A stretch of DNA of 40,479 nt from an uncultured Anaerolineaceae bacterium (GTDB lineage Bacteria; Chloroflexota; Anaerolineae; Anaerolineales; E44-bin32): positions 1-40,479 of the forward strand of contig CAYHSI010000001.1 of assembly GCA_964359225.1 (NCBI GenBank). Direction: 5' to 3'. The translations under genes were made by a program, and so were the position numbers. Numbering within the stretch: position 1 is the stretch's first letter; every line of letters begins with the position of its first letter. This document shows, piece after piece, positions 33,919 to 40,479 of this stretch. The notes beneath the pieces are model-generated. The model made no database searches. It worked only from the letters and a program-made list of their open reading frames with translations, and was not told the origin of the DNA.

Positions 33919-35019
33919 ATGACGCTGCTTGGCAAAGGCTACTACATCTGGCAGATCTGGAATTGCGAGGGGGGTGATCCGAGCGCGATCGCCTCTAAGG
34001 CCAAGTCCGCCGGCTTATCGCATGTTCTGGTAAAGATCGCGGATGGGACGCTGCTGTACAACGTGGACAAGAACAGCAAGCAAGACTTGGTGCCCCCGCT
34101 CATCGCCGCCTGTCGGAAGGAGGGCATCCAAGTCTGGGGCTGGCATTACATCCGTGGCAGTAACCCGATCGGAGAAGCCCGGATCGCCGTTCAACGTAGT
34201 CTGGACCTGGGAGTGGACGGTTATGTCATCGATGCCGAGGGAGAATTCCAGACAGGGAGGAAGCAGTCCGCGGCCCGCCGCTTTATGCAGGAGCTTCGCG
34301 CGGGTCTGCCGAATCTCCCGGTGGCCCTCAGCACCTACCGTTTCCCAAAGCGCCACACCCCATTCCCATTCGCCGAGTTTCTGGAGGGTTGCGATTACGC
34401 CATGCCGCAGGTGTACTACGAGCAAGCCCACAATCCAGAGGCCCAACTCGAATTGTGCGTGGAGCAATACCTGGCCCTCAACCCAGCTCGACCGGTCATC
34501 CCGACTGCCCCGACCTACGGCCGCGGCAGCTGGCGGCCGACCGCGGAGGAGACCACTCGGTTTCTTGCTAAAGCCAAGGAACTTGGCCTGAGCGCGGCGA
34601 ACGCCTGGAGCTGGGATGTCGCCTCGCGCGACGCATACAGCGACCTGTGGGCCTCAGTGGCGGCCTTTGAGTGGCCTACCGAACCCCCGGTTGCCGACAT
34701 GCCTGAACGGCTGGTCGGCCGGCTGAACGAGGGCGACGGCAATTTGGTGGCAGATCTCTACGCCGAAAACGCGGCACATGTCACCGGGGAGCGGATGGTA
34801 TTCTCGCGGAGCGCAATCGCCGACTGGTATCGCCAGCTACTCGGCGAATTGCTCCCAGGGGGGGAATTCGCAGTCACCGGAAAAGCGGGATCCGGCTCAA
34901 CCCGCCACTACACTTGGACCGCCCGCAGTCCGAGGGGGCAGGTCTTGAATGGCAACGACACCCTGGGTCTCCGCGAAGAACAGATTCAGTTCCACTTCAG
35001 CTACTTTACAATTCGCTAG
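33919..35019 (+). CDS. Hypothetical cytoplasmic protein: TIM-barrel glycoside-hydrolase-like N-domain plus NTF2/SnoaL-like C-domain
   Basis: The N-terminal ~230 aa alternate beta/alpha. Landmarks (SHVLVKIADGT, IQVWGWHYI, GYVIDAEGEF) are reminiscent of GH25-like lysozyme barrels. The C-terminal ~110 aa (LVGRLNEGDGNLVADLYAENAAHV...IQFHFSYFTI) looks NTF2-like. There is no signal peptide. The assignment is tentative. Confidence 0.6.
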   Translation: MTLLGKGYYIWQIWNCEGGDPSAIASKAKSAGLSHVLVKIADGTLLYNVDKNSKQDLVPPLIAACRKEGIQVWGWHYIRGSNPIGEARIAVQRSLDLGVDGYVIDAEGEFQTGRKQSAARRFMQELRAGLPNLPVALSTYRFPKRHTPFPFAEFLEGCDYAMPQVYYEQAHNPEAQLELCVEQYLALNPARPVIPTAPTYGRGSWRPTAEETTRFLAKAKELGLSAANAWSWDVASRDAYSDLWASVAAFEWPTEPPVADMPERLVGRLNEGDGNLVADLYAENAAHVTGERMVFSRSAIADWYRQLLGELLPGGEFAVTGKAGSGSTRHYTWTARSPRGQVLNGNDTLGLREEQIQFHFSYFTIR

Positions 35020-35058
35020 ACTCGGCATCATTCAACGCATGCTCTGCTGTCCAGCTCC

Positions 35059-35865
35059 TTGGCGGCGATGCTGACAAATCTCTCGATTGACCAGAGAGTC
35101 GCCCTGTTCGTAGGGGTTTTGACGTTGGTGATGCTAGGCCTGATCTGGCAGGGTTACCGTCGGGTCCAGGCCGCCCAACAGCTCCCGTACTTTACGCTTC
35201 GGCACCGTAGGCTTCGGGAAGGCTGGCGCTTGATCCTCCTGGGATTCGCGATCGGCAGCTTCGGCCTGCTTACCCGCCTTTTTGGCACACGGGCGGTTCA
35301 GGTCCTGATCACTCCGACCCCCTCACTCACTCCCACTCCCAGCTCGACCCCGACCCCCACGGTCACCCCAACCCCTTCCATCACGCCGACTCCTTCCATT
35401 ACCATGACGCCGAGTACCACTCTGACCCCGAGCGCGACTCCGACGCCAGGAATCCCCGACGCGCTGACGGTTCTCTTTCGCGAGACAGTCACCCCAAGAC
35501 CGGAAGCCGTCTTCAGCCCGCTTGAGTTCAGCCCCCGATTGGATCGGCTGAACCGGGCCATCGGGGCCGAAGAGGCTTTTGAGAACCCGGTCGGGATTCT
35601 CTACGGAGCATTTACCTACGACGCGATGAACGATGGAGTTCGCTGGACCGCCCTCTGGTACCTCGGAGCCGAGATCGTGTGTTCCGAGACCAAACCCTGG
35701 GACGGTGGGACCGGAGGTTACGGGTTCACCGAGTGTGATCCCCCAGAAGGGTTCCAGCCGGGGGAGTATGAAGTCCGAATGTTTCTGGGGGAAACCTGGA
35801 AGGTTTCGGGCCGATTCCTGATCATCGGATCGGCCTCTCAAGCGACGGCGACCGGAACCCCCTAG
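35059..35865 (+). CDS. Hypothetical membrane protein with Thr/Pro/Ser linker and a C-terminal globular domain
   Basis: Two hydrophobic helices are followed by a ~45-aa TPTPS-type linker. A ~130-aa domain then ends ...GEYEVRMFLGETWKVSGRFLIIG. The start may be TTG 35059 or ATG 35068. Confidence 0.6.
   Translation: MAAMLTNLSIDQRVALFVGVLTLVMLGLIWQGYRRVQAAQQLPYFTLRHRRLREGWRLILLGFAIGSFGLLTRLFGTRAVQVLITPTPSLTPTPSSTPTPTVTPTPSITPTPSITMTPSTTLTPSATPTPGIPDALTVLFRETVTPRPEAVFSPLEFSPRLDRLNRAIGAEEAFENPVGILYGAFTYDAMNDGVRWTALWYLGAEIVCSETKPWDGGTGGYGFTECDPPEGFQPGEYEVRMFLGETWKVSGRFLIIGSASQATATGTP
35311..35447 (+). repeat. Low-complexity ACN-CCN repeat region encoding the (T/S)P linker
   Basis: Read directly. 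It encodes TPTPSLTPTPSSTPTPTVTPTPSITPTPSITMTPSTTLTPSATPTP. Confidence 0.85.
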
Positions 35866-35900
35866 CCGCCGGTCTGAAGATCGGGCCTAGGCAGCGGGGA

Positions 35901-36998
35901 TCACGGACGGTCGTCGAGCAGAAACGCCGCTTCCATCAGCTGGACCAGCGACAGGTAGCCGCGGCGCATCGGGCGGATCTCAATGTATTCGTGCAGGGTG
36001 TGCGCCTCGCCGCCCTTGGTCAGCCCGACACAGATTCCCGGCAACCCGCGATTCAGCGGGACGCTGGCGTCGGTCGAACCGGCTTCCAAAATCCGATCGC
36101 GTTCTCCATTGAGCCGGAGTGACTCGCTCGCCGCTAGGACGAGTGGATGGTCAGTTCCCAGGTCGCCCCCGGGGCGCGAACCCACCAGGTCGAGCCTGAT
36201 CACTACCGACTCATCTTGATGTCGACTGATGGTCTCCTGGATGCGCGCTTCGAGCTCTTCCAGGGTGCGATCAGATTCAGAACGGAGGTCGAGCTCCAGG
36301 CTGGCCTCGTCGGCGATCGTGTTAATTGAGCGCCCGCCATTCATGGTTCCGATGTTCAAGGTTGTGCGAGGTTCGCGCGGCAACGGAATTCGAAGCAGTT
36401 GCTCTCCGAGCCGCAATAGTTTGTGCAGGGCGGAGGGGCGATCCCAATGAATCCAGGCGTGTCCGCCCCGAGCCCGGGCCTGCAGCCGATAGCGGCGTAC
36501 CGGCAGTGCCCGATGATAGATATGGCCCAATGCCATCCCCTCCAGGACCAAATAGGCCGCGACCGATTTCCCGAAGCGCCCAACGACCTCAATCATTCCG
36601 CGCAGGTTACCCAACCCCTCCTCGCACACATTAGCAACCAGCCATATGTCGCCGGCCGGCGGTCGATCCCGGAAGTCGAACGCCAGCTCCACCAGGGCGG
36701 CCAGGGCAACCGCATTGTCGCCGATCCCTGGGCCCGTCAACCGGGTCCGGGAGCGTCGGTGAGCGAGATCGGTGGCGGTAGAGAACACGCTGTCCAGATG
36801 CGCCGACACGACCAGCGGTGGGCGGTCATTGCCGGGAACCCGGGCATAGAGGTTGCCGAGTGGGTTGAGCTCGACTTCCCGCAAGCCCGCCGAACGGAAT
36901 TCTGTCATCAAGTAGCGTGCGCGCGCCGCCTCCTCGAATGTTGGCGCGGGGATGCCCTGCACGGTCAGCGTCCGTTGGATCCAGCGTTCCAGGTCCAT
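35901..36998 (-). CDS. M20-family metallopeptidase (ArgE/DapE/peptidase-T-like)
   Basis: Metal-ligand regions VVSAHLDSV, GIGDNAVALAALVE and NVCEEGLGNLRG, plus the dimerisation-domain insert, are typical of M20. I chose ATG 36998; the alternative TTG 37004 overlaps the PfkB stop by 4 nt. Confidence 0.85.
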   Translation of the reverse strand: MDLERWIQRTLTVQGIPAPTFEEAARARYLMTEFRSAGLREVELNPLGNLYARVPGNDRPPLVVSAHLDSVFSTATDLAHRRSRTRLTGPGIGDNAVALAALVELAFDFRDRPPAGDIWLVANVCEEGLGNLRGMIEVVGRFGKSVAAYLVLEGMALGHIYHRALPVRRYRLQARARGGHAWIHWDRPSALHKLLRLGEQLLRIPLPREPRTTLNIGTMNGGRSINTIADEASLELDLRSESDRTLEELEARIQETISRHQDESVVIRLDLVGSRPGGDLGTDHPLVLAASESLRLNGERDRILEAGSTDASVPLNRGLPGICVGLTKGGEAHTLHEYIEIRPMRRGYLSLVQLMEAAFLLDDRP

Positions 36999-37000
36999 GC

Positions 37001-38005
37001 TCAACTCAACCTGACCGCGGGCCGAAGGGTTTCCAGCCTGGCCTGGGCCAGCCCCGGCGCGGCGCCGAGAAGGTAGAGCGGTCCGTGCCCCTCGACTGCC
37101 AGGGAAGCCGACACGTTTCCCCGCAGCCCGGCTTCAACCGCATCTCCGGTCTGTTCCAGCCCGACCAGAAATCCTCCGCAGTAGGCATCGCCAGCTCCGG
37201 TGACATCGATCACTCGGGCCGGGGTGGCGGGAATGTGCCAGCGGCGTTTGGCATTGTTATCCCACAGATATTGCCCGGCCGCCCCGCGCTTCACCAAGAT
37301 GATCGGGCATCCAAAGCTGGCGAATTCCTCCGCCATTTCCCAGAGGCCGGGCGGACGGGGCTGGAAGAAGGAGCGGGCTTCGGCCTCGCTTGGCAAGAAC
37401 GCAGAGAGGCCATTGACCAGGATGCGGAGCTTGTGTCGAAAGTCCGGCTGCATGTAGCGAATCGAAGGATCGACTGTGATCAGTCTGAGGCCCGATTCTC
37501 GGAGCCGAGTGGGCACAACGCTGTGGGTCAGATAGTCCCCCGGCGCCAGGTGGGCGCCGGCCGCGGCCTCTAGCCCGGCGGGAAGATCGCTGGGCCGAAT
37601 CGCGAGCGGGCCGAATTCGTCTTGGTTGTCCTGGCCTTCGGTTGATGAGCGGTAATCGGCCAACCCCAACGGTAATGGGATGCCGGCCCGCAGGAAGTGG
37701 GCCGCCGGATTGGTATCGACCCGTTCCTGAAGTGAGAGATACTTGTAGAAAGTGCGAGTGTCCTGGTGATCCGGCAGCACCCTAATCCCATCCGTCTCGA
37801 TTCCGGCCGTGCGGATCCGCTCTAGCCACTCAGCCGGGTAGTTAGAACCCACCCGACCGACGATGCCCACCGATCGAGACCACACGGCCGCTCCGGCCGC
37901 TGCGTAGGCCGCGTTGCCCCCAATAACTCCCAGGAAGGCCTGATCCGCGTGGGTGATACAATAATCTTCCCGCAGACCTCCGAGGATCAGATATCGGGAG
38001 GGCAT
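37001..38005 (-). CDS. PfkB-family carbohydrate/sugar-derivative kinase
   Basis: The N-terminal GG motif region (YLILGGLREDYCI...IGGNAAYAAAGAA) and C-terminal ATP/anion-hole motif VIDVTGAGDAYCGGF are present. I chose ATG 38005; the ORF track 38281 start adds 92 non-homologous residues that overlap the divergent SIS gene. Confidence 0.85.
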   Translation of the reverse strand: MPSRYLILGGLREDYCITHADQAFLGVIGGNAAYAAAGAAVWSRSVGIVGRVGSNYPAEWLERIRTAGIETDGIRVLPDHQDTRTFYKYLSLQERVDTNPAAHFLRAGIPLPLGLADYRSSTEGQDNQDEFGPLAIRPSDLPAGLEAAAGAHLAPGDYLTHSVVPTRLRESGLRLITVDPSIRYMQPDFRHKLRILVNGLSAFLPSEAEARSFFQPRPPGLWEMAEEFASFGCPIILVKRGAAGQYLWDNNAKRRWHIPATPARVIDVTGAGDAYCGGFLVGLEQTGDAVEAGLRGNVSASLAVEGHGPLYLLGAAPGLAQARLETLRPAVRLS

Positions 38006-38032
38006 CGGCCAAATTATACCGAGAGCACTGTG

Positions 38033-39142
38033 ATGGCCAGTTCGTTGAGCGAGCAAACCGCGATGGCCGCGGAGTTTATCGAACGAGCATGGCCCCAGGC
38101 AAAGGAAGCTGCTTGGGGCCTTTTTGATCGAACGGACCAGGATATCCGGCAGGTGATCATCTGCGGCTGTGGGGACTCGCACCACGCCGCCGGCAGCCTG
38201 AGCTGGGCCATTACGAACTGGACCGGCCTGCCCGCAGTCGGGCTTACTTCGATGGAGACCGCCCGATACTTGATCCCCCATCTGAAGTCCGAGCCGGGTA
38301 GAGTCTTGCTTGTGGCGATCTCGTCCTCCGGCGCGACTGTCCGCACCCGCGAGGCGGTTGGCTTGGCGAAGGCGGCCGGCGTGGCGACCCTGGCCGTGAC
38401 CTCAGTCCCCGGCGGGCCGCTGGCCGCTGAGGCGGATACATCTATTCAGCTGGAGCTGCCGCCGGAGGCCGCCGGCCCCGGCCTGCTCAGTTACTTGGCA
38501 TCGCTGATCGTCGGATTCGCGCTCGGCGCGCGGCTTGCACCGCCTGGTGTCCAAGAACTAGTCAACGAAGGCTTGAAAGGGATTCCTGGGTCGCTGGCCC
38601 TGTGGCAAGTCGCCCAGGCCGGCCCGGTGGCCGAACTGCTGGAGCGGTTCGACCCGGCCTGGCCGCTCGTGTTCCTCGGATCCGGGCCCGCCCACGGCTC
38701 GGCCAGGTTCGCCGCCGCGAAATGCATAGAAGCCAGTGGGCAGGTAGCGTGGGCCCAGGACATCGAGGAGTGGGCCCACCTTGAATACTTCTGTGAACCA
38801 GCAGAGCTGCCGGTCTGGATCTTGAGTGGAAAGGGAGCAAGCGCCGGCAGAGAGCGGGAGGTCGCCGAAGCTGCCAGGAGGATCGGCAGGACCCTGGCGC
38901 TGAGCGAATGGGAGCCTTCCATCCCAATGCCGGGCTGGCTCAGGGAAAGTCTGGCGCCGCTCGTGCTGTGGTCGGGGCCGGTGATGTTCGCCGATCAGTG
39001 GATGACCCGAATTGGACAGGAACCATTTCGCGGGTTCGGGGGAGGTCGCAGCCGCGAACAAGGAGGAGGGATCAGCCGGATTCGCAATGGCGCGCGACTC
39101 TCCTCAATTGCTGAGTTGTACGCATTCCAAAGTCGGAACTGA
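38033..39142 (+). CDS. Double-SIS-domain sugar-phosphate isomerase/deglycase-like protein (GlmS-isomerase / FrlB / AgaS class)
   Basis: The first SIS motif is VIICGCGDSHHAA ... LLVAISSSGATVRTREAVGLAKAAG. The second SIS half is VFLGSGPAHGSARFAAAKCIEA. There is no glutaminase domain. I chose ATG 38033, which leaves only 27 nt to the divergent kinase start. Confidence 0.8.
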   Translation: MASSLSEQTAMAAEFIERAWPQAKEAAWGLFDRTDQDIRQVIICGCGDSHHAAGSLSWAITNWTGLPAVGLTSMETARYLIPHLKSEPGRVLLVAISSSGATVRTREAVGLAKAAGVATLAVTSVPGGPLAAEADTSIQLELPPEAAGPGLLSYLASLIVGFALGARLAPPGVQELVNEGLKGIPGSLALWQVAQAGPVAELLERFDPAWPLVFLGSGPAHGSARFAAAKCIEASGQVAWAQDIEEWAHLEYFCEPAELPVWILSGKGASAGREREVAEAARRIGRTLALSEWEPSIPMPGWLRESLAPLVLWSGPVMFADQWMTRIGQEPFRGFGGGRSREQGGGISRIRNGARLSSIAELYAFQSRN

Positions 39143-39149
39143 AGTCACA

Positions 39150-39179
39150 TTGTATGGTCTCAACAAACCTGGTTATAAT
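39150..39179 (+). promoter_or_regulatory. Candidate promoter of the orphan response regulator
   Basis: TTGTAT (39150-39155), 18-nt spacer, TATAAT (39174-39179). Confidence 0.4.
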
Positions 39180-39190
39180 GACGCGACCGT

Positions 39191-39213
39191 GGCAGCGAAA
39201 TCGTCACGCTGCC
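39191..39213 (+). promoter_or_regulatory. Leader hairpin upstream of the response-regulator gene
   Basis: GGCAGCG (39191-39197) pairs with CGCTGCC (39207-39213), with a 9-nt loop. The following sequence GAGTTCTCTT is only weakly U-rich. Confidence 0.3.
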
Positions 39214-39243
39214 GAGTTCTCTTAGCTGGGGGGCCCCACAGGG

Positions 39244-39909
39244 ATGACTATCGCCAGCGTCCTGCTGATTGAGAGCGGCCGGCCGAGCGCCCCCTCCTTC
39301 GCGTCAGCACTCGAAAAGAAGGGGTTCTCGGTCACGGTCCAGCATGAAGTGGGACCGGCAATCAAGTCGGCTTCGAAGAGCCCTCCGGATGTACTCATTC
39401 TTGACGCAGCCTCGATGCGGACCAGCGGGAGCCGACTGTGCCGGACCGCCAGAGCCAATCTGGACGGCGTACCGATCATCCTGATTTCGCCTGCGGGGAC
39501 CGGATCGGAATCGGCGAACGGTTCAACCGTAAACCTGGTTCAGCCGTTCACGGCTCGCAAGCTCGTGAACCGCGTGTACCGGCTTTTGCCGGGCGACGAC
39601 CGGTATTCGCTCCAGGCCGGACCGATTAAGCTCAATCTCGTTCAACGTAAAGTCAAAGTGCATGGGCGAGAAAGTCGCCTAACTCCAAAGCAAGCCAAGC
39701 TGCTCGAACTCTTCATGCATAATCCGGGAAAACTGCTCACTCGCAAGCAGTTGATCCGGGAGGTCTGGCTCACCGACTACACCGGCGACACCCGGACTTT
39801 AGATGTCCATATGAGCTGGCTGCGGCACGCGGTGGAGGGGAACTCGAAGAAGCCGCAGTTCCTGCGAACCATCCGAGGCATGGGCTACCGCCTCGACGTC
39901 CCAAGTTAG
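39244..39909 (+). CDS. OmpR/PhoB-family response regulator with an atypical receiver domain
   Basis: The C-terminal winged-helix motifs are clear (LTPKQAKLLELFMHNPGKLLTRKQLIREVW...TRTLDVHMSWLRHAV...LRTIRGMGYRL). The receiver keeps the Asp in VLILDAAS. However, it has ES instead of the DD pair, and QPF instead of the conserved KPF. Confidence 0.85.
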   Translation: MTIASVLLIESGRPSAPSFASALEKKGFSVTVQHEVGPAIKSASKSPPDVLILDAASMRTSGSRLCRTARANLDGVPIILISPAGTGSESANGSTVNLVQPFTARKLVNRVYRLLPGDDRYSLQAGPIKLNLVQRKVKVHGRESRLTPKQAKLLELFMHNPGKLLTRKQLIREVWLTDYTGDTRTLDVHMSWLRHAVEGNSKKPQFLRTIRGMGYRLDVPS

Positions 39910-39935
39910 AGTCAACAACTGGAAATTGCCAAATC

Positions 39936-39975
39936 CGGCTCATCCGACTGGATGAGCCGCCTGCGCGTAGGCGGA
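39936..39975. terminator. Two overlapping GC-rich hairpins between convergent genes (possible bidirectional terminator)
   Basis: CGGCTCATCC (39936-39945) pairs with GGATGAGCCG (39950-39959), loop GACT. CCGCCT (39957-39962) pairs with AGGCGG (39969-39974), loop GCGCGT. Only the reverse-strand reading has a T-containing trail (GGATTTGGCAATTTCC). Confidence 0.45.
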
Positions 39976-40479
39976 TTAGCTCAGCTGGATTTCCTTGGCC
40001 ACCCAGCCGACCCCGCCTTGGGCGGTCATGACTTTGGCGGCCAGCGTGTAGCGGCCCCGCCGGCTGTAGCGATTGGACAGGACGGGGATGAACTCGTCCG
40101 AGCGCCAACGACGGACCGATTGGGATCGGCTCCGAAAGAGGCGATCATCGTAATCCCAGTCCACCTCGAATCCGGTTAACCCTTCAGTGTCTGAATCTCC
40201 AACCCCGATCAATCTTGCCTGCACTTGCCGGCCCGTGACCCGAACCCGCATCCGGGGCTTCACTACTGGTCCGACCGGAATCGAGGGATCTTCCCAGACG
40301 CCGAAAGATCGCCCGGCGGGCTGCAACAGCAAGCGGCGGCGGGTGGTTCCGATCGCCAAGCGAGAGATATCGCAGGCCAGCCAACGCCGATCCAGCCGGT
40401 CCGCCACCACCGCGGTCGTTCCGGCGCCGCAGAAGAAATCTGCGACCAGGCCGCCAGCCTGGCTCGAAGCCGCGACGAT
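39976..40479 (-). CDS. Beta-class (N6-adenine or N4-cytosine) DNA methyltransferase, C-terminal part only (gene runs off the right edge)
   Basis: The reverse frame is open to the window edge. It reads IVAASSQAGGLVADFFCGAGTTAVVADRLDRRWLACDISRLAI..., the FxGxGTT motif I plus the R.w.g.D segment that ends PF01555-type methylases. A ~110-aa beta-rich extension follows. The ORF track shows only the internal GTG at 40410. Confidence 0.8.
   Translation of the reverse strand: MVAASSQAGGLVADFFCGAGTTAVVADRLDRRWLACDISRLAIGTTRRRLLLQPAGRSFGVWEDPSIPVGPVVKPRMRVRVTGRQVQARLIGVGDSDTEGLTGFEVDWDYDDRLFRSRSQSVRRWRSDEFIPVLSNRYSRRGRYTLAAKVMTAQGGVGWVAKEIQLS

Noticed and set aside
38006-38281. 5' extension of the PfkB kinase ORF, and the reciprocal 37949-38032 extension of the SIS ORF
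   Set aside because: The extensions overlap each other's coding regions on opposite strands and add non-homologous residues. The internal ATGs at 38005 and 38033 give family-typical N-termini.

Overview
GC-rich (roughly 60-65% G+C by eye), very tightly packed bacterial chromosomal segment. I call about 37 protein-coding genes and see no rRNA, tRNA, CRISPR array, transposase or integrase. Most content is housekeeping: a partial amino-acid ABC transporter, folC, mfd-pth, L25, a mgtE/methyltransferase/trmI/Nudix operon, a Zn-peptidase, a Ctp protease, a CoA-transferase and mutL. There is a three-gene two-component node (GAF kinase, REC-CpaE/MinD-like regulator, ~1070-aa multi-sensor kinase). A stand-alone rpoC is followed by rplU-rpmA-rpmE, then tdk-hpt-cca and dinB. 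The right end holds several hypotheticals, an M20 peptidase/PfkB kinase/SIS-protein cluster, an orphan atypical OmpR-type regulator and a partial beta-class DNA methyltransferase. Gene style (4-nt start/stop overlaps, GGAGG-type SD, Thr/Pro linkers, TATAAT/TACAAT boxes standing out of GC-rich DNA) fits a Chloroflexota-like organism, but that is inference only. The most unusual signal is the rpoC-rplU-rpmA-rpmE block. rpoC has no rpoB upstream, has its own consensus promoter plus a terminator-like leader hairpin, and carries a ~180-aa charged insertion. L21 carries a histone-H1-like (P/R)AAK repeat tail. L31 is fused in frame to a domain that aligns closely with the RNA polymerase alpha-subunit C-terminal domain. 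Other points worth a second look: promoter-then-terminator-hairpin leaders at three loci, a degenerate-P-loop REC-CpaE-like regulator, a 15-residue-periodic tail-anchored protein upstream of L25, and a 78-aa Cys/His mini-protein with a phage Mu-F/SPP1-gp7-like motif. All calls rest on reading the translations and sequence by eye; no database search was possible.
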